Source: Turneriella sp.
Lineage (GTDB): Bacteria; Spirochaetota; Leptospiria; Turneriellales; Turneriellaceae
Assembly: GCA_965279515.1 (NCBI GenBank)
Contig: CBDIID010000003.1
Span: forward strand, 384,001-448,000
Length of the DNA: 64,000 bases
Direction of reading: 5' to 3'
Below, piece after piece: positions 21,775 through 32,564 of this stretch. Within the stretch, counting starts at the first letter, position 1, and every line of letters starts with the position of its first letter. Made by a program: the position numbers and the translations under genes. The notes under the pieces are model-generated. The model ran no database searches. It was not told the DNA's origin and saw nothing but the letters and a program-made list of their open reading frames with translations.

Positions 21775-21939
21775 TCACCTTCTTATGTGCAGAAGGGGAT
21801 AGCCGCGGGCACCCTGGCAACAGGATGTTGCGGGGGCTGCGGCGCACCAGCGGCGTTTGGAACAAACGCCTGTGGTGCAAGCCGCGGCCTCGCGCGCGCG
21901 ACAACAGCAACAACAGGAGTTTTTCACGAAATTTTTCAT
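21775..21939 (-). CDS. Poly-cysteine leader peptide (54 aa), candidate Cys-sensing attenuator
   Basis: MKNFVKNSCCCCCRAREAAACTTGVCSKRRWCAAAPATSCCQGARGYPLLHIRR*: 10 Cys, five consecutive; lies between cysK and the sulfate-uptake genes. Confidence 0.65.
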   Translation of the reverse strand: MKNFVKNSCCCCCRAREAAACTTGVCSKRRWCAAAPATSCCQGARGYPLLHIRR

Positions 21940-21973
21940 AGTCAATGATTCGCTGTCAGAATCTCCGCCATGA

Positions 21974-22882
21974 TTAAAAGAGACCTTCGATCGAGAGATA
22001 ACGTTCACCCGTATCGTAGTTGAACGTGAGAATGCGCGCGCCTTTTTTGAGTTCGGGAAGTTTTTTCGCCACCGCGGCGAGCGACGCACCGCTGGAGATA
22101 CCACCGAAAAGCGCCTCTTCGCGCGCAGCGCGTTTGGCATATTCAAACGCTTCTTCTTTCGTGACCTGGATCACGCCGGTGAGAAGTTCTTTTTTCAGGT
22201 TCTTCGGGATAAAACCCGCGCCGATACCCTGGATTGGGTGCGGAGCCGGATTGCCGCCGGAAATTACCGGAGACGCTGCAGGTTCAACCGCATAGACTTC
22301 GAGATTAGGCCATTTTTCGCGTAGCGTTTGCGCGAGTGCCGTGATATGCCCGCCGGTACCGACGCCGGTGATGACGACATCTATACCTTCGGGGAAATCG
22401 CGGAGTACTTCTTGCGCGGTAAATTTAGTGTGCGCGGCGATATTGGCTTCGTTCTCGAACTGCTGTGGGATCCACGAGTTTGGGGTTTGCGCCGAAAGTT
22501 CGTTCGCGCGTTCGATCGCACCCTTCATGCCTTTTTCACGCGGCGTAAGATCGAATGTTGCCCCATATGCAGCCATAACTGCGCGGCGCTCGACCGACAT
22601 GCTCTCGGGCATAACAAGAATGAGTTTATATTTTTTCGCAGCGGCGACGAGGGCAAGGCCAATACCGGTGTTACCCGATGTCGGTTCGATGATGACACTG
22701 CCCGGCTTCAGTATACCGCGGCGTTCTGCGTCTTCGACCATCGATAACGCGATACGGTCTTTAATACTGCCGCCCGGATTCTGGCGTTCCAGTTTTACCC
22801 AAACTTCGGCGTCGCCGAACAGGTGCTTGATACGTAAATGCGGCGTATTGCCGATTGCTTCGAGAATGCTATGTATCTTCAT
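21974..22882 (-). CDS. cysK: Cysteine synthase A (start re-called at MKIHSI, 22882)
   Basis: [14 protein letters not shown] (PLP Lys), [31 protein letters not shown]. Confidence 0.96.
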   Translation of the reverse strand: MKIHSILEAIGNTPHLRIKHLFGDAEVWVKLERQNPGGSIKDRIALSMVEDAERRGILKPGSVIIEPTSGNTGIGLALVAAAKKYKLILVMPESMSVERRAVMAAYGATFDLTPREKGMKGAIERANELSAQTPNSWIPQQFENEANIAAHTKFTAQEVLRDFPEGIDVVITGVGTGGHITALAQTLREKWPNLEVYAVEPAASPVISGGNPAPHPIQGIGAGFIPKNLKKELLTGVIQVTKEEAFEYAKRAAREEALFGGISSGASLAAVAKKLPELKKGARILTFNYDTGERYLSIEGLF

Positions 22883-22962
22883 AAATAACTCCTTAATTTG
22901 AATTAACCGGGTGTTTTTTCGAAGCCCCGGTGCTTCCGGGGCAATCCGGGAGTGCTCCCGAA

Positions 22963-23076
22963 TTATCCCTGAAGCGCCGAACAGCCAAGGAAACACGATG
23001 TGTCCGGGCCTGCGCAGCACGCAGAGATGCGACAGCAGCGTGACATTGAACTAAAATCTGCTATACCGAACGTCAT
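22963..23076 (-). CDS. Cys-rich leader peptide upstream of cysK (37 aa; 27 aa from ATG 23046)
   Basis: [37 protein letters not shown]: 6 Cys including two CC pairs; followed by two hairpins before the cysK RBS. Confidence 0.6.
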   Translation of the reverse strand: MTFGIADFSSMSRCCRISACCAGPDTSCFLGCSALQG

Positions 23077-23085
23077 TCTGCGCGG

Positions 23086-23115
23086 AAGATACTCAGGCGA
23101 CCGACACTACGTCAA
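23086..23115 (-). promoter_or_regulatory. Candidate sigma70 promoter for leader-cysK
   Basis: TTGACG (23115-23110) - 18 nt - TATCTT (23091-23086), 9 nt before leader ATG. Confidence 0.5.
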
Positions 23116-23134
23116 CAAAAACAGACAAACATCC

Positions 23135-23752
23135 ATGAAAACGAACAAGAAAAAAAAGCCCGAACCTCCCGCTCCGGCGACCAGCGGAGAAAACCTCACA
23201 GGGGTAGTCGCAGAAAACGTTAAACGACTGCGCAGTGACATGGATTTATCGCTCGATAAACTCGCAGGACTCTCCGGTGTTTCAAAAGCAATGCTGAGCC
23301 AGATCGAACAGGCTCGCAGCGCCCCCTCGATCAATGTGCTCTGGAAGATTGCCCGTGCGCTCGATGTGCCTTTTGCGGCACTAATCTCAAAGCGCACGGA
23401 TTCCCAGCTGCAGGTTGTGCGCAAAAGTGAAATGAAAGTGCTTTCATCACAGAAGGGAAATTTCCAGTCGAAGGCCCTGTTTCCGCTCGACATAGCCCGG
23501 CGCGTTGAATTCTACGAACTGCTGCTCAAGGCTGGCTGCGTCGAGCGCGCTGTGCCCCACCCCGCCGGTACGGCAGAGAATATCGTTGTGTCTGAGGGCG
23601 AGCTGGAGATTGAAATCGGCGGACAGAGAACTTTATTAAAAGAGGGCGACTCCATTTACTTCGTGGCCGACGTGCCGCATATTTACCGCAGCATCGGATC
23701 CAAAGACACACGCGCCTATCTCGTGATGACATACGCAGAAAAGCGCGTGTAA
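23135..23752 (+). CDS. XRE-family HTH + cupin transcriptional regulator (SutR/PuuR-like)
   Basis: 'LSLDKLAGLSGVSKAMLSQIE...PSINVLWKIA' and cupin 'H...E...V..G...GDSIYF.ADVPH.Y'; start re-called at 23135. Confidence 0.9.
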   Translation: MKTNKKKKPEPPAPATSGENLTGVVAENVKRLRSDMDLSLDKLAGLSGVSKAMLSQIEQARSAPSINVLWKIARALDVPFAALISKRTDSQLQVVRKSEMKVLSSQKGNFQSKALFPLDIARRVEFYELLLKAGCVERAVPHPAGTAENIVVSEGELEIEIGGQRTLLKEGDSIYFVADVPHIYRSIGSKDTRAYLVMTYAEKRV

Positions 23753-23801
23753 GCAATTTTCTGTTCAGCCGGTCTCTTTGCCCGTATTCACCGCTCACTA
23801 A

Positions 23802-25130
<1,329 letters not shown>

Positions 25131-25137
25131 TTGAATC

Positions 25138-25163
25138 GCCCGCGGGGAGATATCCCCGTGGGC
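25138..25163. terminator. Hairpin between convergent metY and YeeE genes
   Basis: gcccgcgggga-gata-tccccgtgggc; no clear U-tract. Confidence 0.45.
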
Positions 25164-25183
25164 CGATCTAAGCTGCCGGCAAA

Positions 25184-25594
25184 TCAGCTGGCGCGCTTCT
25201 CTTCTAACCACGCATAGACGTAAGTTCCCAGGAAGATACCCAGCACAATAAACGCGCCTGAGTGGAGTCCATAACCCAGAATTGCGAGCGCGGGGCCGGG
25301 GCATGCGCCTGTTAAGGCCCAGCCTGCTCCCGAAATCAGTCCACCAACCACGTGATTTTTGGACAGTTTCTCCACATTCCACTCGGTTTCGCCGCCCAAA
25401 AGCGGCTGGCGCCTGAGTTTTTTCCAGAGCTGTACGCCGATAAACGAAACCGGCACGGCAACGCCCAGAACTCCGTACATATGCCATGACTTGAGAAGAA
25501 ACATGTCGCGGATCACATCATAACTCGACACGCCTGCGCGGATGAGTATGTAGCCGAACGCAGTACCCAGCACCAGGAAAACAATGCGCAACAT
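25184..25594 (-). CDS. YeeE/YedE-family sulfur-transport protein (small, C-half type)
   Basis: 'GGLISGAGWALTGACPGP'. Confidence 0.85.
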   Translation of the reverse strand: MLRIVFLVLGTAFGYILIRAGVSSYDVIRDMFLLKSWHMYGVLGVAVPVSFIGVQLWKKLRRQPLLGGETEWNVEKLSKNHVVGGLISGAGWALTGACPGPALAILGYGLHSGAFIVLGIFLGTYVYAWLEEKRAS

Positions 25595-26092
25595 CTATTT
25601 TACTCCCGAGATGAATGAAATGAGAATGGTGACAATCACACCCGCCACGAGAAAACCTCCCGTCGCTACAAAACTTGCCAGCGAGCCCTTCGAAAGACCT
25701 GCAATGGAATTACCTGATGTACAACCCTTTGCAAGCCTTGCGCCATAACCCCAGAGAAATCCCCCTGTGATCAGCACAGCTGCCTTCACACCAAGACTTG
25801 TCCCCCAAATATCATTGAACCGGCCAAGGTCCCATGTCGGATGCCATCCCGTTGTGGTTAAAGCGGCGATAGCGCCACCAGCCACTAACCCGACTGTAAA
25901 GAATGTACGAAAACCGAAGGCGCCGCCGAGATCGGGCCTGGAAAAATATTTGAGGCGCGAAAAAATTCCGCAGACCGTGGCATAACCGCGGGTCACCGAG
26001 AGAAATTTTCCTGTGGATATAACTAATAAAATCGAAACTGTGGCAATGGCAAGTCCACCCAACCAAAACGGCCAAATATATGCAGAGGTCAT
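25595..26092 (-). CDS. YeeE/YedE-family sulfur-transport protein (small, N-half type)
   Basis: 'GGFLWGYGARLAKGCTSGNSIAG'; start re-called at MTSAYIW. Confidence 0.85.
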   Translation of the reverse strand: MTSAYIWPFWLGGLAIATVSILLVISTGKFLSVTRGYATVCGIFSRLKYFSRPDLGGAFGFRTFFTVGLVAGGAIAALTTTGWHPTWDLGRFNDIWGTSLGVKAAVLITGGFLWGYGARLAKGCTSGNSIAGLSKGSLASFVATGGFLVAGVIVTILISFISGVK

Positions 26093-26155
26093 GGGGGCAA
26101 CCTCCCGGAGGTTGCTCACGAGCGTAAAGTCAAACAGCTGTCGCACGCCCGGGGG

Positions 26156-27385
26156 TTAGTGCCCGGCCGGTGTCGCACCGGGCTGCGGTTCGGGCATGAC
26201 TGTGATACGCGTGCGTCCCGCAAATAAAACTGTGCCCGCAAGCACCGCGGTGAGTGCGATTAATGCCGCCATCGCGGTCACACCTTTTGCAGCGAAAAGC
26301 CCGATGCCCGCCGAAGCAATTCCGGCGACGCCGATCTGGATAAACCCGAGGAGCGCCGAAGCGCTACCCATATGGCGTGTGAGCGGTGCCAATGCCAGCG
26401 CCGTGGCATTCGGGTTATTAAAGCCAATCGCAGCAAGACAGGTAAAGAGCAGTGCGAATGTCACATAAAAATTCAGCCCCCCCATCAGCGCAGCGCCGAA
26501 AAAGACCAATGCCGCTGCGATTTGTACGCACAGTGCAATACGAAAGATCACCGCGCTCTTCACCCGGCGGCCGAGCAGCACATTGAGCTGGCTGCTCGCA
26601 ATAAAGCCGATAGAAAGCAAGGCAAACACGAGGCTGTAGCTTTTCGGCGAAAGGCCGTAAAACTCCATGAAGACTGTCGGCGAAGCGGCAACATAGATGA
26701 ACAGCGTCGCAAACGAAAAAGCGCTCGCAAAGGCGTAAGTATAGAACGCCGGTTCTTTCAGAATCCCGAAAAAGGTACTGAAAATCGGCCGCAAGTGCAG
26801 CGAAACCGAGGCATCCGCCTTTTGGCCTTCGGGTAAAAAGAAACGCAGCAGAAACACGATGAAGATCGCAACCGCGATCAGCGCAAAAAACACCGAGCGC
26901 CACCCCCACGCTGCCGCAATAAAACCACCGACCGTTGGCCCCAGTAGAGGCGAGACACCGAGAATCAGAACGAGCAGCGAAAAGATGCGCGCGCTTTCGT
27001 TCACGGGAAAAAAATCGCGCACCATGGCGACCGCTGCAACCCAGGCGACCGAACCACCCAGCGCCTGAAAAAAACGAAAGGTGCTGAGCACCTCGAGGTT
27101 CGGCGCGAAGACGCAGCCGAGCGAAGACAAGATAAAGAGGCACAAACCCGCATAGAGTGGCGGCTTACGCCCGAAACGATCGAGAAACGGGCCATACAGA
27201 ATCTGGCCGAGCGCCATGCCGATGAAATAGGCGGTGACCGAGAGTGCGAGCTGCGCCTGTGTCGTCTTGAAGTCGCGCGCCAGTTCGGGAAAAGCCGGCA
27301 GGTAGAGATCGATCGCGAGAGGGCTCACCGTCGCGAGCGCACCCAGAATCCAGACGATGAGCGTGCTCCGCGGATGCGCTTCCAT
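26156..27385 (-). CDS. Bcr/CflA-family MFS efflux transporter
   Basis: 'PLAIDLYLPAFP', 'GPFLDRFGRKP', 'VRD', about 12 TM segments. Confidence 0.92.
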   Translation of the reverse strand: MEAHPRSTLIVWILGALATVSPLAIDLYLPAFPELARDFKTTQAQLALSVTAYFIGMALGQILYGPFLDRFGRKPPLYAGLCLFILSSLGCVFAPNLEVLSTFRFFQALGGSVAWVAAVAMVRDFFPVNESARIFSLLVLILGVSPLLGPTVGGFIAAAWGWRSVFFALIAVAIFIVFLLRFFLPEGQKADASVSLHLRPIFSTFFGILKEPAFYTYAFASAFSFATLFIYVAASPTVFMEFYGLSPKSYSLVFALLSIGFIASSQLNVLLGRRVKSAVIFRIALCVQIAAALVFFGAALMGGLNFYVTFALLFTCLAAIGFNNPNATALALAPLTRHMGSASALLGFIQIGVAGIASAGIGLFAAKGVTAMAALIALTAVLAGTVLFAGRTRITVMPEPQPGATPAGH

Positions 27386-27498
27386 ACGCCAGAAACAGAC
27401 CTTGAGACATGCTGAACATCAGAGCAAAAAACAGGGAGGACTGAAGATACGCGCTGGTTTTCTCCTTTCCGTCCTGTCTCAGCGGCATATTTTTGTGC

Positions 27499-28566
27499 AT
27501 GGCAGAAAACGTTTCGGCACAACTCATTGGTGGCGACCCCGTGACACCCGGATGGAAAAACTGGGGCTTTGTGAAGAAATTCGCCTCGATTTTCATCAAA
27601 GACGTGCGCGACATTGACCTCTTTACCTGCATGATAAAGCTCAGCATCCTCTTGCCCGGCTCGGCATTCGCCATCTGGTATTTTCCGCAATACCGCCTCT
27701 ACATCGGCCTCGGCCACATCGCGCTTTTTCTCATCTATCTCGGCCCCTACATTCTCATGCTGCACAATGTCTCGCACCGGCCGCTCTTCCACTATTCGTT
27801 GCGCTTTTTAAATTTCTGGCCACAGGCGGTTTTAGGTGTCTTTTTCGGATTAACCCCGTATACGTACTTCTCTCACCATTTGGGGATGCACCACCCGGAG
27901 AACAATCTCATGACCGATCTCAGCACGACGCTCAAATACCGCCGCGACAGCTTTCTCGGCTTCATGCATTATTACCTCAGCTTCGCGATCTTCGGCATCT
28001 TTACGCTCGGGTATTATTTCGTGAAACGCAACCGCTGGGCGCTCTTCCGTAAGGCGATCCTGGGCGAGCTCTCTTGGTACCTGATCGTTGGCAGCCTGCT
28101 GTATTTTAACCCCGCGGAATTTCCGCGCCAGGTAACGCTCTTCGTCTTTGTGATTCCCCTGCTGCTCTGCCGTTTTCTGCTCATGGCCGGCAACTGGACC
28201 CAGCACGCCTTTGTCGACACCTCTGACCCCGCTAACCCTTATCTCAACAGCATCACCTTCATCGACTCGCCCTATAACAAGCGCTGTTTCAACGACGGTT
28301 ACCATATCGGCCACCACGTGAACATGAACCGCCACTGGCTCGACATGCCTGGCGACTTCCTCGACAACCTGCAGACTTATAAAGAAACCAAATCGATTGT
28401 TTTCCGAAAACTCGATTATTTTATCATCTGGATTTTCCTCATGGCAAAACAGTATGGCATCCTCAGCAGGTTCTTCGTCGATCTCTCGGATAAAAAAATG
28501 TCCAGAGACGAAATTATTGCGCTGATGAAAAGCCGCATGCTACCGTTAAAATCCAGTGCGCGTTAA
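27499..28566 (+). CDS. Membrane fatty-acid desaturase family protein
   Basis: Three His boxes HNVSH, HLGMHH, HIGHH with TM segments. Confidence 0.85.
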   Translation: MAENVSAQLIGGDPVTPGWKNWGFVKKFASIFIKDVRDIDLFTCMIKLSILLPGSAFAIWYFPQYRLYIGLGHIALFLIYLGPYILMLHNVSHRPLFHYSLRFLNFWPQAVLGVFFGLTPYTYFSHHLGMHHPENNLMTDLSTTLKYRRDSFLGFMHYYLSFAIFGIFTLGYYFVKRNRWALFRKAILGELSWYLIVGSLLYFNPAEFPRQVTLFVFVIPLLLCRFLLMAGNWTQHAFVDTSDPANPYLNSITFIDSPYNKRCFNDGYHIGHHVNMNRHWLDMPGDFLDNLQTYKETKSIVFRKLDYFIIWIFLMAKQYGILSRFFVDLSDKKMSRDEIIALMKSRMLPLKSSAR

Positions 28567-28586
28567 GGGCAGTTCAGGATTTGTAA

Positions 28587-29342
28587 TTGCTCTTATCGCT
28601 CATTATCCCTATATGCAATGAAGCGTTGCACCTGGCTGAATTCCTGAAGCGCATTGATGCATTAAAATTGCCGACGAAAAAAGAACTGATCTTTATCGAT
28701 GACAAATCGAGTGACGGCAGCCTGGAAATTCTCCGCAGGCATAAATTCAAATCGACCCACCAAATTCTCGAACACAGAATAAATATGGGCAAAGGCGCAT
28801 CCATTCGGGATGGCATTGCCGCCGCGCATGGCGATATCATAGGCATCCAGGACGCGGACTTCGAATACGACATGAATGACATCGAAACACTGATCGAACC
28901 CCTGCGCACAAACAAGGCGGATATTGTTTACGGCTCTCGTTTTAGCGGAACTAATGGACAGGTACACAGAACATTTCACTATTTGGTAAATCGTTTTCTC
29001 ACATTGCTAAGCAATGTTTTTTCGGGATTGTATCTGTCGGATATGGAAACCTGTTATAAATTCTTTCGGGCTGACATCATTAAGAATATAGTCCTTCACT
29101 CTAACCGGTTTGGCTTCGAACCCGAAATTACGGCAAAAATCGCCTTGTTGAAGACGCGCATAAAAGAACTGCCAATTCATTATTACCCGCGCAACTACGT
29201 CGAAGGCAAGAAGATTACCTGGCGCGACGGCTTTGCGGCCCTGTGGCACCTGCTGCATTATAACTATTTTGCCTCAAAAAAACGTTTCTTTACACCGGGA
29301 CTTCCCGGGCGTTATATCCCCTCAGGCAGGAACTTTATATGA
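28587..29342 (+). CDS. Glycosyltransferase family 2 (DPM1-like)
   Basis: IIP..NE, DDKSSDGS, NMGKG, QDAD, DMETCYK, FGFEPEIT. Confidence 0.9.
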   Translation: MLLSLIIPICNEALHLAEFLKRIDALKLPTKKELIFIDDKSSDGSLEILRRHKFKSTHQILEHRINMGKGASIRDGIAAAHGDIIGIQDADFEYDMNDIETLIEPLRTNKADIVYGSRFSGTNGQVHRTFHYLVNRFLTLLSNVFSGLYLSDMETCYKFFRADIIKNIVLHSNRFGFEPEITAKIALLKTRIKELPIHYYPRNYVEGKKITWRDGFAALWHLLHYNYFASKKRFFTPGLPGRYIPSGRNFI

Positions 29343-30379
29343 AAAGCGGGATTATCTCAGTGTTTCTGCAGATCGACGCGGAAAGCCTGCGTCTGCCGGC
29401 TTTTGACGCTGCTTCCCTGAAATATCTTGTCTATTTTCTGCTATTCATTATCATCGGCCTGGTGTTTTTCCAATGGCGTTTGCGCAGAAGCCACGAAAAG
29501 AACGCCCTCTCCAACCGGTTCATGCAGATTTTGATGCGCCGGGCATTGACGCGTACACAACAGGCTGCAATGCAGGATTTCTTCGACCGGTTGCACGAAG
29601 TCGAACAAAATGAAATCATGATTTCACAGAAATCGCTGGAGCATCACCTGCACCAGTACCTCGAACGCCATCCGGAAATTTCCGCGGCAGACCGCGTCGA
29701 GATCTTTGATAAACTACTCGCAGGTAAAGCCCCGCAAATTGAAATCAAAACGGTTTCCGACCTGCGCATCGGCGAACTCTGCGCTCTCGATGCCGGCAAA
29801 ACGTCATGGCTCACGACGATCATGAAATCCAAAGATGACCAGATTCTGCTCACGTCTTACGAGAAGACACCGATTCCCGTCGGTGGCGGGCATGTCTATG
29901 CTTACCGGGCAGGGCTCGGCGGATTTCTGCTCTCCGGCCAAATCATCAAAGTGAAGGAAAACTCCCTCATATTTAAACACAACGGCCATGTGGATTTCCG
30001 TGGAGATCAGCACCTGATGTCGACAGTGTCTGTTGCCGTGAAAATCGAGCGCTGGCCGCATCCCGAACTCGGTATCGATGAAGAGAAGCCGCTGGAATCC
30101 GCAGGGGTTGAAGTCTTTACCGGGCTCAGTGATAAGATTTCAGACCGCGCATTGGCTGTACGTTTTACGCCCGGGCCGCCCGATTGGATACTTTCGCGCC
30201 AGGATTTTTGGGAAATGACCCTCGACCTGCCCGAAAAGCCCCTGATATGCCGGGTCAAAGCCACACGTTACCAGAAAACCGATATGCACTTTTTACGCCC
30301 CATCGACATGGATGGCGCCGAACGCAACCGCTTATACACCTTCATTGCCGCCCACAACCCTGTGCGCGAGCACTTCTAG
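29339..30379 (+). CDS. Membrane-anchored hypothetical protein, possibly degenerate YcgR/PilZ-like
   Basis: N-terminal TM, two beta-rich domains, 'DKISDRAL' resembles the PilZ DxSxxG position. Confidence 0.5.
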   Translation: MKSGIISVFLQIDAESLRLPAFDAASLKYLVYFLLFIIIGLVFFQWRLRRSHEKNALSNRFMQILMRRALTRTQQAAMQDFFDRLHEVEQNEIMISQKSLEHHLHQYLERHPEISAADRVEIFDKLLAGKAPQIEIKTVSDLRIGELCALDAGKTSWLTTIMKSKDDQILLTSYEKTPIPVGGGHVYAYRAGLGGFLLSGQIIKVKENSLIFKHNGHVDFRGDQHLMSTVSVAVKIERWPHPELGIDEEKPLESAGVEVFTGLSDKISDRALAVRFTPGPPDWILSRQDFWEMTLDLPEKPLICRVKATRYQKTDMHFLRPIDMDGAERNRLYTFIAAHNPVREHF

Positions 30380-30381
30380 CG

Positions 30382-31761
30382 TTAAGCGCTTTTTACGTGC
30401 CAGGCCTTGGGGCGTGTGAACGTTTCAATGCCGTAAGTCGAAAGAGTCAAACCGACACCGCTGTGGCCCCGGCCCGACCACGGCAACCGGGGACTCACGC
30501 GGTCGCAGCAATTGATATAGGCACTGCCGGCGTTCACACCGCTCAGTATTTTGCGGGCACGATTTTCATCGCGCGCATAGACTGCGGCAGTCAGGCCATA
30601 TGCGGTATCATTCATAAGGTTTTGCGCTTCGGCGTCATCCCTGACCTTCATGATGCCGATCACAGGACCGAAACTTTCTTCACGCATCAGGGCCATATCA
30701 TGGCTCGCATCGGCAACAACCGTGGGCTCAAGAAATACGCCCGCGGGGGTGGCAGCTTTTTTACCACCCGTGAGTATCTTGCCGCCTTTTTTCACGGCAT
30801 CCGTGAGCTGGGCTTCGAGAAAATCCAGTTGGATCTGCCCCCGCGTCAAAGCCCCTACGTATGTGGCATTATCTTCCACATTGCCTGATTTGAAACCTTT
30901 CACCGTATCGGCAAACTGCCGCACAAAATCGTCGTAGATTTTTTCATGTACATAGACGCGTTCGACACTGCAGCAGCTCTGCCCGGTATTGTACATGGCA
31001 CCGTCTGCAGTGCTCTCTGCCGCCGCCTTGACGTCGACATCATCCGTGATGTACGCGGGATCTTTGCCGCCCAGTTCCAGCTGCACCTTAATCATCTTTT
31101 TTGCCGCAGCTTCTGCAATCTTCATGCCCGTCGCAACCGAGCCTGTGAAAAAGACGCCATCAATTTTTTGCGCAAGCAGTGCCGCGCCAGCATCACCCTT
31201 ACCACGGATGACGGTGAAGACATCTTGCGGCACCCCGCCATCATGGAGGTATTTCGCCATGAGCTCGCCACTCATCAGTGCAAACTCAGAGGGCTTATAG
31301 AGCACTGCATTGCCGGTGATGAGCGCCGGCACATAGACATTCGAGCCCACAAACCAGGGGTAATTCCAGGCGGAGATATTGGCGATAACGCCCAGGGGCT
31401 CGTGTTCAATCTCTTCGCTGAGGACATTGCCGTCCTTAAGTACACTTTCACGGGCTACGACTTTCGCCGAATTTGCGAGAAAGAAGTCAAAACGCGCCAG
31501 GAGCCCCTTCAGTTCATTGCGCGACTGGCTAATAGGCTTGCCTACCTCGCGCGTCATAGTCAGGGCGGCTTCGTCGATATTCGTCTCTACACAATCGCGG
31601 AACTTTTTTAAGATGGCAAGGCGCTTTTCGATGCCGAGTGCCTGCCAGCCTGGCTGCGCCGCGCGCGCCTGGGCATACTTCTTAGCAATCGTCTCGGCTG
31701 AGTCAGCCGTAAAAGATGTTATTTTCTCCCCGGTAGCGGGATTGATGACTTCAAGTTCCAT
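30382..31761 (-). CDS. Aldehyde dehydrogenase
   Basis: INPATG, WNYP, KPSE, FTGS, LELGGK, GQSC, EESFGP. Confidence 0.93.
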   Translation of the reverse strand: MELEVINPATGEKITSFTADSAETIAKKYAQARAAQPGWQALGIEKRLAILKKFRDCVETNIDEAALTMTREVGKPISQSRNELKGLLARFDFFLANSAKVVARESVLKDGNVLSEEIEHEPLGVIANISAWNYPWFVGSNVYVPALITGNAVLYKPSEFALMSGELMAKYLHDGGVPQDVFTVIRGKGDAGAALLAQKIDGVFFTGSVATGMKIAEAAAKKMIKVQLELGGKDPAYITDDVDVKAAAESTADGAMYNTGQSCCSVERVYVHEKIYDDFVRQFADTVKGFKSGNVEDNATYVGALTRGQIQLDFLEAQLTDAVKKGGKILTGGKKAATPAGVFLEPTVVADASHDMALMREESFGPVIGIMKVRDDAEAQNLMNDTAYGLTAAVYARDENRARKILSGVNAGSAYINCCDRVSPRLPWSGRGHSGVGLTLSTYGIETFTRPKAWHVKSA

Positions 31762-31772
31762 AGTCTCTCCGG

Positions 31773-32564
31773 TTAAGCGGTCTTGGTTGCGCCCATGCGC
31801 GAACTTAATTTTCTCACTTCGCACTCAGACATAAAATCCCTGAGCAGGGGATCGCCCGATAGCAGGGCATTGTCTTCATCGTCATGGAACTCCGGGTGCC
31901 ACTGGATACCACAAACATAGTTCGGCCCCTGGTATTTTACACCCTCGACGATGCCATCTTCGGTCGAGACTGCCTCGACGACAAGACCGTCGCCGATTTT
32001 CCTTAATGCCTGATGGTGAATGCTGTTGGTGCGGAAACTACCACGCCCAAAAATTTTTTCCAGGTACGATCCCTCATTGAACTTAATCTCATGAAAATTC
32101 TGATCATAGATATGCCAGTCGCGGTGGTTGAGACTAGGTTCAACCTGCGTCGTGATATCCTGATAAAGTGAGCCGCCCAGGGCAACGTTGATCAACTGCG
32201 CGCCGCGGCAGACTCCCAGAACCGGTTTATCTGCGTCTTTGAAGGCCCTGAAGAGTTCAATCTCATAGAGATCGCGGACACGATCCCCTTTCCACTCTTC
32301 TTTGAGAGGGGTTTCGCCATAACTTTCGGGCGCGACATCGGCGCCGCCGTGCAGCACCAAACCGTCCAGGGACTCTGCATATTCTTTGAGCGCAACTTTG
32401 CCCCCCGTGGCTACCGAGGGAATCATATAAGCCTGCGCCCCAAGACGCATCACCCAATGTGCCAGGGATTCCTCGACATAAAGCAGCGTCTTGCCTTTAA
32501 AAATCGCCCGCGTCGGGTCTTTGTGCATGAAACATGCTGAAATACCAATCTTTAATTTATCCAT
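31773..32564 (-). CDS. Gamma-glutamyl-amide hydrolase (peptidase C26, PuuD-like)
   Basis: DGLVLHGGAD, GVCRG, NSIHHQA, QWHPE. Confidence 0.92.
   Translation of the reverse strand: MDKLKIGISACFMHKDPTRAIFKGKTLLYVEESLAHWVMRLGAQAYMIPSVATGGKVALKEYAESLDGLVLHGGADVAPESYGETPLKEEWKGDRVRDLYEIELFRAFKDADKPVLGVCRGAQLINVALGGSLYQDITTQVEPSLNHRDWHIYDQNFHEIKFNEGSYLEKIFGRGSFRTNSIHHQALRKIGDGLVVEAVSTEDGIVEGVKYQGPNYVCGIQWHPEFHDDEDNALLSGDPLLRDFMSECEVRKLSSRMGATKTA

Noticed and set aside
21940..22146. N-terminal part of the 123-aa ORF 21775-22146
   Set aside because: Overlaps cysK out of frame; only the part from ATG 21939 is considered plausible
22883..23134. Long N-terminal extensions of CysK (from 23020) and of the XRE regulator (from 23000)
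   Set aside because: They overlap each other and the leader region; family-typical starts lie at 22882 (with AAGGAG) and 23135
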